Below are positions 8,546-16,520 of a DNA stretch of 32,000 bases, piece after piece. The translations under genes were made by a program, and so were the position numbers. Every line of letters begins with the position of its first letter. Position 1 is the first letter of the stretch. The notes beneath the pieces are model-generated. The model was not told the DNA's origin. It made no database searches and saw only the letters and a program-made list of their open reading frames with translations. The DNA is from Sinorhizobium meliloti (GTDB taxonomy: Bacteria; Pseudomonadota; Alphaproteobacteria; Rhizobiales; Rhizobiaceae), in assembly GCF_017876815.1 (NCBI RefSeq), contig NZ_JAGIOS010000001.1:3450001-3482000 (forward strand). Reading direction: 5' to 3'.

Positions 8546-8758
8546 ATGAACGATATCCCCTCCGTTGTGACGGAAACGCCGCGTCGTCCCTACCGCCCCG
8601 CCACCCTTCGAAGCATTATCGCGACCTGGGACGAGCGGAAGCGCTTTCGCTGCGAACTTGAGCAAAAGTTGAAGGACGATCCCCATTTGATCAGCGATAT
8701 CGGTCTGACGAGGCTTGAGGCCGAGGCGGAGATCGCCAAGCCCTTCTGGCAAGTATAA
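8546..8758 (+). CDS. DUF1127-like small protein (70 aa)
   Basis: The ATG at 8546 is preceded by GGAGG (8536-8540). The C-terminal HLISDIGLTRLEAEAE resembles the DUF1127 signature (L.DIGL.R.d). Confidence 0.6.
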   Translation: MNDIPSVVTETPRRPYRPATLRSIIATWDERKRFRCELEQKLKDDPHLISDIGLTRLEAEAEIAKPFWQV

Positions 8759-8769
8759 GGCAAGTCTGC

Positions 8770-9936
8770 ATGACCGCTGAAAGCACGACTTTATCGCGAC
8801 AGGACCAGATCCCGTGGGCCGCTATGGCCGGCATCATCGCGACCGTCACGGTGTTCGCCGTGGCACAGGGGCTGACCTATCCCCTGCTCAGCTTCATCCT
8901 GGAGCGGCAGGGGACGACGCCTGGCCTGATCGGCTTGTCGGCGGCGATGACCCCGCTGGGTTTCATCGTATCCGCCCTCTTCATTCCGGCACTGGCGCGG
9001 CGCGTGGGCGGGGCGCGGCTTGCGATCCTGTGTTCGGGCCTGGCCGCGCTCACGCTGATCGCGATCGGCTGGACGCAGGAGGTCTGGGCCTGGATGCCGC
9101 TGCGTTTCCTGCTCGGGTTCTTCGCCAATCCGCTGTACGTGATCAGCGAGACCTGGCTGCTCTCGATCACGCCCGCGCGGCGGAGGGGCCGAATCATGGG
9201 CCTCTATTCGTCGATCGTCTCGGGCGGCTTCGCCATCGGCCCGCTCTCGCTCGGTCTGGTCGGCACGCAAGGCTGGCCGCCCTTCATGGTCGGCATCGTG
9301 GCCTTCCTTCTCTGCGGGCTGATCGTGCTTGCGGTCGTGCCGCACCTGCCGAAGATGCCACATGAAGGCGAGGCGACATCGGTCGGCGGCTTTTTCGCAC
9401 TGGCGCCGCTCCTCTTGTTCGCGGTTTTCGCCGCAGCCGCCTTGGAGCAGACCCTGCTTTCCCTGTTCGCGGTCTATGGCGCGGCGCTTGACAGCACAGA
9501 AGGGCGTATCGCCTCGCTCATCACCTGTTTCATCGCAGGCAACGCCGTGCTGCAGATATTGCTGGGACGGGTGGCCGAACGGTTCGGGTCGCTGCGGACC
9601 ATGATGCTCTGCGCCTTGGCTTCACTGGGTGGCTGCCTGCTGCTGCCGGCGATCTTCGAATCATGGCTCATCTGGCCGCTCTTTTTCGTCTGGGGCGGGG
9701 CCTCGTTCGGCATCTACACCATGTCGCTGATCCAACTCGGCGAGCGATTCACGGGTCAATCCTTGATCGCCGGCAACGCGGCCTTCGCCTTCGTATGGGG
9801 CATCGGCGGCATCGTCGGCTCGCCCGCGACAGGACTGGCGATGCAACTGATCGGACATCAGGGGCTGCCATTGTCCCTTGGCCTGCTTTGCTTTGTGCTG
9901 GCGGTGTTTCTAATCCCGCAGCTCAACAGGCCTTAA
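8770..9936 (+). CDS. MFS transporter (388 aa)
   Basis: Highly hydrophobic protein with multiple predicted TM segments. An MFS-like loop ALARRVGGARL follows TM2. Confidence 0.85.
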   Translation: MTAESTTLSRQDQIPWAAMAGIIATVTVFAVAQGLTYPLLSFILERQGTTPGLIGLSAAMTPLGFIVSALFIPALARRVGGARLAILCSGLAALTLIAIGWTQEVWAWMPLRFLLGFFANPLYVISETWLLSITPARRRGRIMGLYSSIVSGGFAIGPLSLGLVGTQGWPPFMVGIVAFLLCGLIVLAVVPHLPKMPHEGEATSVGGFFALAPLLLFAVFAAAALEQTLLSLFAVYGAALDSTEGRIASLITCFIAGNAVLQILLGRVAERFGSLRTMMLCALASLGGCLLLPAIFESWLIWPLFFVWGGASFGIYTMSLIQLGERFTGQSLIAGNAAFAFVWGIGGIVGSPATGLAMQLIGHQGLPLSLGLLCFVLAVFLIPQLNRP

Positions 9937-10688
9937 TGCGCCGTAAAAGCCCCGTCGACCGGATGATAGCTGCCGGTGATGAAGCTCGCCTGTTCCGACA
10001 GCAGGAAACAGACGAGAGCCGCGACTTCCTCCGGTTTTCCCCGCCGGCCGAGCGGCTGCAGCGCTTCCAGGCGTCGTGTCTTCGCCAATTCCGAATGTCC
10101 CGACAGAAGCGGCGTTTCGATCCAGCCGGGGCCGACCGCGTTGATGCGAATCCCCATTCTTGCATATTCGATCCCGGCCGCCTTGGTGAGCCCCACCACC
10201 CCGTGCTTGGCGGCGGTGTAGGCGGACGCGGTAGGCAATGCAACCGCACCGAGAATCGAGGACATGTTGACGATAGCGCCGCCGCCCTTTCCGAGCATGG
10301 CGGCGATCTCGTATTTCATGCAGTAGAAGACGCCGTTCAGGTTGACTTCGATCAGCCTGCGCCAATCTTCGAGCGGGTAGTCCGCGGTCGCTTGGCGCGG
10401 GCCCTCTATGCCTGCATTGTTGACCGCAAGATGCAATCCGCCGCATTCCCGCACGGTGAAGGCGACCATTTGCTCTACCGCCCCCGCGTCGGTGACGTCG
10501 ACGGTGAAGTCTCGCGCCCTGCCCCCGGCAGAGCGAATCTCGGCCGCGACGCTGCGCGCCGCATCGGCGTCGCGGTCGGCGACTATCACTTCCGCACCCT
10601 CGCCGCCAAGTTGCCTGGAGACGGCGGCGCCGATGCCGGAACCCGCGCCGGTCACGATTGCGATTTTTCCTTCCAGGCCGAGTTTCAT
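9933..10688 (-). CDS. SDR family oxidoreductase (251 aa)
   Basis: MKLGLEGKIAIVTGAGSGIGAA (TGxxxGxG), NNAG and YTAAK (YxxxK) motifs. The start is taken at the internal ATG 10688 rather than the track start 10799. Confidence 0.88.
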   Translation of the reverse strand: MKLGLEGKIAIVTGAGSGIGAAVSRQLGGEGAEVIVADRDADAARSVAAEIRSAGGRARDFTVDVTDAGAVEQMVAFTVRECGGLHLAVNNAGIEGPRQATADYPLEDWRRLIEVNLNGVFYCMKYEIAAMLGKGGGAIVNMSSILGAVALPTASAYTAAKHGVVGLTKAAGIEYARMGIRINAVGPGWIETPLLSGHSELAKTRRLEALQPLGRRGKPEEVAALVCFLLSEQASFITGSYHPVDGAFTAH

Positions 10689-10856
10689 CGTGCCGCTCCT
10701 TGTCTCCGCTGCTTCCCCGAACCAGTCGATCAGACGCCGGTTCCGGTCGCAAGAGGTTTCATCCTTGCGGTCGTATCCGTTGCAAGGCTTGGCCGACACG
10801 CGCTTGGGTGTTAAACACGAAATCGTAGGGACTCACAATTTACTCAGCAGGTGAGA

Positions 10857-11438
10857 ATGGAGAAGGATCGCATTACGCGCCGGGTACTCGTGCTGGGTAG
10901 CCTGGCTCTCTTCGCCTCTGGCTGCAGTTCGTTGCGCTCGGCGGACAGCCCGCAATCAGCCAGGACCCGTATAGACCCACGATACCGCAGGCAGGAGGTC
11001 GCCTATTATGGCGGCGAATCGCCTGGAACGATCGTCGTCAATACGGAAGAACGTTATCTCTATTATGTTCAGGGAGGCGGTTCGGCGGTTCGCTACGGGA
11101 TCGGCGTAGGCGAGGAAGGGCGCACCCTCAAAGGCCGGGCGAAAATCGGCCGCAAGGCGGAGTGGCCCTCCTGGACGCCGACTGCAAACATGATTCGCCG
11201 CAAGCCGCATCTGGCGCAATATGCCGGCGGGGTGAGCGGAGGGCTGCATAACCCGCTTGGGGCCGCCGCGCTCTATCTCTATCAGGGCGGAAACGACACC
11301 ATGTTCCGGCTGCACGGGACGAATGAGCCCTGGACGATCGGCCAGGCCGTATCGAGCGGTTGCATTCGTTTGACGAACGACGACATCGTCGATCTCTACA
11401 GCCGCACCCCGGTGGGTGCGACCGTGCTGATCATTTGA
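10857..11438 (+). CDS. L,D-transpeptidase (YkuD domain) lipoprotein
   Basis: Lipobox LFASGC. Catalytic block HGTNEPWTIGQAVSSGCIRLTNDD (HxxxxxxxxxxSxGCIR). GTG 10851 is an alternative start. Confidence 0.88.
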   Translation: MEKDRITRRVLVLGSLALFASGCSSLRSADSPQSARTRIDPRYRRQEVAYYGGESPGTIVVNTEERYLYYVQGGGSAVRYGIGVGEEGRTLKGRAKIGRKAEWPSWTPTANMIRRKPHLAQYAGGVSGGLHNPLGAAALYLYQGGNDTMFRLHGTNEPWTIGQAVSSGCIRLTNDDIVDLYSRTPVGATVLII

Positions 11439-11627
11439 TGGCGTTTTCCGTTACATTTCGGTATAAATGACTAAGCCCCGTGTGTTCCGACGCGGTTGAT
11501 AACCCGGTAACCATAAAGCGGTTATCAACTGTGTCCTTTCTGCACTAGGCCCCGGCGCAAATCGCCACTATTACTTGGAGTGTTGCCTTCGATAACCCAT
11601 TCCGACTATTGAGGAAAGGACTACTTG

Positions 11628-11768
11628 ATGAGCCGAATTCTAGTTGTGATGATTGCGTTGCTTTCTGTTGCCGGCCTCACCGCGTGTGATACGATCGGCA
11701 AGGGTAAGGGTAAGGCCCCGCCGCCTGCTGCCGTCGATACGGTAGAACCGGCGCCGGTATACAAGTAA
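11628..11768 (+). CDS. small putative lipoprotein (46 aa), below the ORF-track size cut-off
   Basis: MSRILVVMIALLSVAGLTACDTIGKGKGKAPPPAAVDTVEPAPVYK*. Signal peptide plus lipobox LTAC, GAGGAAAGGA about 17-26 nt upstream of the ATG, and a hairpin terminator downstream. The track ORF 11621..11812 on the - strand is its antisense. Confidence 0.5.
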   Translation: MSRILVVMIALLSVAGLTACDTIGKGKGKAPPPAAVDTVEPAPVYK

Positions 11769-11778
11769 CAGTGACTTT

Positions 11779-11824
11779 GCGCCGTGGGAGAGCTCAACGA
11801 CCGCCCTCCCACGGCGCGTTATTC
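11779..11824 (+). terminator. hairpin terminator after the small lipoprotein gene
   Basis: 12-bp perfect stem gcgccgtgggag (11779-11790) / ctcccacggcgc (11806-11817), followed by the T-rich gttattc. Confidence 0.5.
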
Positions 11825-11929
11825 AGGCTAGACCGGCTGTGAGACTGACGGCATAGTACGCGTCAAGAACTCCAGAGAGCCGGCCCGAGGTCTGGATTGT
11901 CAGACTCGGAAGACAATCTAAGTGGTGTG

Positions 11930-12514
11930 ATGACGCTTGCACGAGGCCGCATATCCCTTGTGATCTTGGTCGCACTGGCAGCAGCTGCATGCCAGACACA
12001 AGACAAAAATCCCGAACCCCGCTACGTTTCCAGCAGCCTGAATGGGCCGGCGAAACTCGAATCTCAAGCGAGAGAGCAGGGATATTTCATCGAATTTCGC
12101 TCCCGCTACGCGCTGAGCTATGGCCACACCTACGTTATCTACGGGCGCACGAACAAGTCTGGTGCGGTCGTTCAGCGCCAGGTTGCCGGCCTTGCACCGG
12201 CTACCCTTGATCCGACACCGTATGTCCTTGGCCATTTCGTGCCCGTTCCGGCTGAAACCGGCGCGAGCGACGGTGACCTTGAGGAAGAATACCGCTCGGC
12301 AAGCTGGCGCGTCATGCTGACGCAGGCGGAATACAACAAGGTCGTGGCTTTCATCGACAAACTGAAAGCCAAGTCGAAGTTCTGGCACGCGTCGCTCTAC
12401 AACTGCAACGCCTTCGTGGCCGAAATCGCCCGCTCCATGGGCTATAAGACACCCGGCATCTGGCTTAGGCCGCAGGAATTCATTACAAGGCTTCGGGAGA
12501 TGAACGGAGGTTGA
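11930..12514 (+). CDS. lipoprotein with PPPDE/DeSI-like (permuted papain fold) His...Cys signature
   Basis: MTLARGRISLVILVALAAAAC lipobox. SYGHTYVIYG (His codon 12125-12127) and SLYNCNAFVAEIARSMGYKTPGIWLRP (Cys codon 12404-12406). TTG 11897 is an alternative start. Confidence 0.7.
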   Translation: MTLARGRISLVILVALAAAACQTQDKNPEPRYVSSSLNGPAKLESQAREQGYFIEFRSRYALSYGHTYVIYGRTNKSGAVVQRQVAGLAPATLDPTPYVLGHFVPVPAETGASDGDLEEEYRSASWRVMLTQAEYNKVVAFIDKLKAKSKFWHASLYNCNAFVAEIARSMGYKTPGIWLRPQEFITRLREMNGG

Positions 12515-12647
12515 GAGGCGACGGGCACAGAGCTCGCGATCCAACCGTCACCGTTCGAAATAGAATCACGCTGCGAAGCATCGGCTGAAGAAGGTTCCCG
12601 CCCGATCGTTGACGCCAGGCGCAGGCTAAGGACTTGGGGAACTAGAC

Positions 12648-13235
12648 ATGTCGGTATCCTCCATCGGCGAGATCGCCTGGGTGCTCGGAATCGTTGCCTG
12701 GTACTTCATTCGCCGCCCTTATGAACGCCGCGCGAAGCGCGTGCGTGTCGTCAGCCACCGCCGCTCAACCTCCGAAAAGCTGGGCCTGGCGGCGGCCCTG
12801 CTTGGCCTCGCGATCATTCCCGCTTTTTATGTCGCTACCGGGATCCCGGAGGGGGCCGACCACCCTGCCCGGCTCTGGGCCGTCGTGCTCGGTGCCGTGA
12901 TTTTCTGTCTGGCCATGTGGGTCTTTCGCAGAACCCACAAGGAACTCGGTCGCAACTGGTCGATCACGCTCGAGATTCGCGACAAGCACGAACTGATTCG
13001 CCGCGGTCCTTACGCCCTGGTCCGCCATCCCATGTATACTTCGTTCCTGCTGATGGGCGTAGGCCAGGCGTTTCTTCTGCCGAACTGGGTCGCAGGGCTG
13101 GCGGGTCTTGCCGGTTTCGCGGTCCTCTTTCTTCTGAGAGTGGACAAGGAGGAACGCATGATGATGGAAATGTTCGGCTCCGAGTATCGCGACTACATGG
13201 CGGACACCAAGCGGATCATTCCTTACATTTACTAG
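12648..13235 (+). CDS. isoprenylcysteine carboxyl methyltransferase (ICMT)/PEMT-family membrane methyltransferase
   Basis: Polytopic 195-aa protein with the RRGPYALVRHPMYTSFLLMGVG and KEERMMMEMFGSEYRDYMADTKRIIP blocks typical of the family. Confidence 0.85.
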   Translation: MSVSSIGEIAWVLGIVAWYFIRRPYERRAKRVRVVSHRRSTSEKLGLAAALLGLAIIPAFYVATGIPEGADHPARLWAVVLGAVIFCLAMWVFRRTHKELGRNWSITLEIRDKHELIRRGPYALVRHPMYTSFLLMGVGQAFLLPNWVAGLAGLAGFAVLFLLRVDKEERMMMEMFGSEYRDYMADTKRIIPYIY

Positions 13236-13241
13236 AGGTGC

Positions 13242-14030
13242 ATGATGCGAGGCCGAGCCCTCAAGCTTTCAGCGTCTCGGCGCCTGGTCGGGGATCTCAT
13301 GCGATTTTCGATGAAGGTGCCGCGGGTGAGCGTGCAGCGGCGGATGAATCTCGGGCCGTTGCTCGAGGCCAGAACATCGCTTGAAAGCAGGCCATCCTGG
13401 ACGGCGCTCTTCCTAAAAGGATACGGCCTTCTCGCTCAGGAGACGCCCGAGTTGCGGCGCGCTTACGTCAAATTTCCCAGACCGCAGCTATACGAATATC
13501 CGGGAAGCATCGCTTCCATCGCGCATGAAAGGGAGTACGAGGGCGAACGAATCGTGCTGCTGACGACGATCAAGAATCCGGAGCGCCGTCCGATCGCGGA
13601 GCTGGGGTCCTTGATGCAGACGGCGCGAACCAGTCCCGTGCTGGAGGTCAAGGAATTCCGGCGCGCCCTGAAGATCGCCCGCCTCCCCGGTCCGATCAGA
13701 TGGCTTCTCATGTGGCTCGGATTGAACATCGGCCGGCAAAGGGCGCGCCGTTTCGGTACATTTCAGCTGTCGGTCTATTCGGGCCTCGGCGCGGAATCGC
13801 TCAACCCCCTCACGCCGTTAACCTCGCTTCTCAATTACGGCCCGATCGACAACGATGGCTCGGTCACCGTGCGCATCCACTATGACCACCGGGTCATGGA
13901 TGGCGCCAACGTCGCGCGTGCCCTCGAGCGGTTCGAGAGGATATTGAACGGCGAAGTCACCGCGGAGCTGGAAGGGCTTGCATCCGGGCGCGACGTAACC
14001 GCTGCGGCAGGTTCCGGAGCGGCGCGATGA
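13242..14030 (+). CDS. stand-alone 2-oxoacid dehydrogenase E2-like (CAT-fold) acyltransferase
   Basis: C-terminal catalytic motif IHYDHRVMDGANVARAL (DHRxxDG). The overall layout resembles the E2 catalytic domain but lacks lipoyl and subunit-binding domains. It starts 6 nt after the ICMT stop with a GAGGTG SD. Confidence 0.7.
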   Translation: MMRGRALKLSASRRLVGDLMRFSMKVPRVSVQRRMNLGPLLEARTSLESRPSWTALFLKGYGLLAQETPELRRAYVKFPRPQLYEYPGSIASIAHEREYEGERIVLLTTIKNPERRPIAELGSLMQTARTSPVLEVKEFRRALKIARLPGPIRWLLMWLGLNIGRQRARRFGTFQLSVYSGLGAESLNPLTPLTSLLNYGPIDNDGSVTVRIHYDHRVMDGANVARALERFERILNGEVTAELEGLASGRDVTAAAGSGAAR

Positions 14031-14911
14031 GGCCGGGCGATCAACTTCGTCCCGCTGTCGTCGTCGTCGGTGCCTCCCGGGGAATCGGCAAGGCAATCGC
14101 CGAAGTGGCCGCGAGGGATGGTGCACCGGTCGTACTGGTGGCGCGTTCGGAAGTGGCGCTGGCGGCGGCCGCCGACGATATCCGGAACGCCGGAGGCGAG
14201 GCGTTCACGGTCCCGCTGGATTTCCTGGCTGATGATGCGGCGCTCGGTCTCGAGGACTTCCTGTCCGCAAACGGCCTGTTCTGCGACGTACTCGTCAACA
14301 GCGCCGGTTATGGATTGCGCGGCGGCGCGACGGTCCTGCCGCTCGATGAACAGCTCGGCCTCGTCGACCTCAACATCCGCGCCCTTACCGAACTCACCTT
14401 GCGCCTCCTGCCGGGCATGGTCGCGCGCCGTCGCGGCGGCGTCATCAATCTCGGTTCGGTCGCGAGCTTCACGCCGGGTCCGTATATGGCGCTCTACTAT
14501 GCCAGCAAGGGCTTCGTCCGCTCCTTTTCGGAAGCGCTGCACCAGGAACTGCGTCACACGGGCGTGACCGTCACTTGCGTGGCGCCGGGCCCGGTCTCGA
14601 CGGAATTTCTGGCAACCTCAGGCGCCAATCGCGTGGCACTGTTCAAGATCTTGCCCAAGCTCGAGGCGGGCTATGTCGCTGAAAAGGCGTGGCGCGGCTT
14701 CAAAACAGGCCGCCGCCTCGTCATACCCGGCCTCTCGGCCAAGCTGACGATCCTGTTGGCGGCGCTGGTGCCCTCCGCGATCATGCTGCCCCTGATCGGC
14801 CGATTGCAGCGCAGGAGCAAGGATCCGTGCCCCTGCGGCTCCGGCAAAAGTTTCACGTCGTGCTGCGGTGCCCGCGGAAATTCGCTAGGAACCACCACGC
14901 AAAGTCGGTAG
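14027..14911 (+). CDS. SDR family oxidoreductase with C-terminal hydrophobic helix and SEC-C zinc motif
   Basis: VVVGASRGIGKA, NSAGYG and YYASK SDR motifs. Then LTILLAALVPSAIMLPLIG, followed by CPCGSGKSFTSCCG. An ATGA start/stop overlap links it to the upstream gene (14027-14030). Confidence 0.85.
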   Translation: MRPGDQLRPAVVVVGASRGIGKAIAEVAARDGAPVVLVARSEVALAAAADDIRNAGGEAFTVPLDFLADDAALGLEDFLSANGLFCDVLVNSAGYGLRGGATVLPLDEQLGLVDLNIRALTELTLRLLPGMVARRRGGVINLGSVASFTPGPYMALYYASKGFVRSFSEALHQELRHTGVTVTCVAPGPVSTEFLATSGANRVALFKILPKLEAGYVAEKAWRGFKTGRRLVIPGLSAKLTILLAALVPSAIMLPLIGRLQRRSKDPCPCGSGKSFTSCCGARGNSLGTTTQSR

Positions 14912-15251
14912 AGAAGCATTCGCGGAATAGGAGCGGCCACGAAACATCGCCCTCTCCGATGACGTCGAGTCGTTACGGTCTCTGAATATAGACATTAAAA
15001 AGTTTCAATATCTTATTGATATTCAATCGCTATCCTCGATAATCACCTCTAGCTAAGTCCAGGGAGGAAGCACGTCCCGGCAGGAAAACTGCTACGGCGA
15101 TCAGCTGATTTCCAGATCCGAGACGTCCCATGGACGACGAGCGGCCTTTCCTTGACACGGGCAAGAACCAGGGCACCGGTTCCAGAAAGACCGAATGCTC
15201 TGTCTCCGCCTCACGGATTAGGCGTCTCCGAAGCCACTCTTCGTAGCGTTA

Positions 15252-16072
15252 TCAGTCCTTGCTGTAGTCAGCGCCGTACCATTTGGTCGTCAGTTTTCCA
15301 AGCGTGCCGTCAGCCTTCATCGCTTTGATGATTTCACCGATCCTAGCGGTCCATTCCGAGTCGCCTTATCGGCAATGACGACCGCAGGCGACCGAAAGGG
15401 ATACACGCCCTCGAGGATACGAACGGGATAGCCGTTTCTGACTGCATTTTGGGCGGTCTGCTCGGGGGCGATGACAGCGTCCAATCGAACCCCGTTTCCA
15501 AGACGCAGGTCATCGAAGGGCATCATTGAATCCGGAAACGTGCGCACTTCGCCCGGTTCGAGATTGTATTGGACCGGCGGCAAGCCCGGCGCATCGATCT
15601 CCAGGCGACGGTTGATGAAGTCCTCGGATGCCGTGCCTGTTTCGACGCCGATAATCTTACCATCCAGATCCTCTTCCGATTGAATGCTGCTCTCGGCATG
15701 AACGACGTAGACATAAGGGCTGTAATAATAGATTCCGGCGAAATCGATGACCTCTGCCCGCGCCTTGGTTGGAGCAACGGAACCGACCCCGAGGTCGAAA
15801 CGTCCCTGCCAGTGGCCTCCCGTCATGGTTGCCCATTCCGGGGTTTCGAAACGTACATTCGCGCCCAACCGTTTGCCGATTTCATTGGCGACATCGATGT
15901 CAAAGCCGACAAGGACGTTGTTCTCATCGAGAAAACCCTGCGGAGGCCAGCCGACATTGGTGGCGACGACCATCTCTTTTCTTTCATTGACGCGATCAAG
16001 CGTTGAGCCTGCCATTGCCGAACTGCAGAATATAGACAGCGATACCGATGCTATAGCTACCATGCTTTTCAT
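15252..16072 (-). pseudogene. amino-acid ABC transporter substrate-binding protein, frameshifted near its 3' end
   Basis: MKSMVAIASVSLSIFCSSAMAG signal peptide and family-3 SBP body. After ...PAVVIADK the frame ends prematurely at 15317. The neighbouring frame reads the expected C-terminus GDSEWTARIGEIIKAMKADGTLGKLTTKWYGADYSKD* (stop 15252-15254). One base appears to be missing near 15365-15366. Confidence 0.75.
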
Positions 16073-16520
16073 GTTGTCTCCTACCCCCGTTGAACGGTCA
16101 ACAATGCCCCGGACGTTTTTTGCTGGGAGAGTTCTACAAGCGGACGACCTCCGCAAACCTATTTATTAGAATTCTGCTATCGGAATTTCCGATTCCGACT
16201 TCCAGAATAGAGCGATAAACTCAGATGCTGAAATGAAACCATCGCCGCCGGCAAGCTCATTTCGTTTCCGTCGGTGGAGGTCGTCGGCGACGACGTGGCT
16301 CAGGAAGCGCCTAACTTTCGGGCGCGCAGATTGCCGTTACCGGCTCAACGGCGTGGTCATGGTTGAGGCGGCGACAGCCGTGGCCTCTATCCTTCGGCCA
16401 GAACGTTGTGTGCAATCGTCGCTCGACTGCGCGGCGTCGGACGGACATTCCTATGAATGTTAAAGGGATGGAGCATTTCCGCGATCCCGAAAAAGAATGG
16501 GAATGCTCTGGCCGTGAAGC

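Noticed and set aside
9933-9936. Convergent MFS and SDR genes share overlapping stop codons (TTAA)
   Set aside because: This is a common compact arrangement in GC-rich genomes with no further signal.
9663-10814. 383-aa + strand ORF, plus the 280-aa - strand ORF 9910..10752
   Set aside because: Both overlap the SDR gene (9933-10688, - strand) in other frames or on the other strand. Only the SDR frame carries TGxxxGxG/YxxxK motifs.
13880-14557. 225-aa - strand ORF
   Set aside because: It is antisense to the acyltransferase/SDR junction. It has no motifs and a shadow-frame composition.
16157-16520. ~360-bp gap between the SBP start and the tgt stop, with a 76-aa + ORF and an EF-hand-like GGDGFISASEF string on the - strand
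   Set aside because: The - strand frame has no start codon after the upstream stop, and the + ORF is compositionally junk. It may be gene debris, but nothing is supportable.
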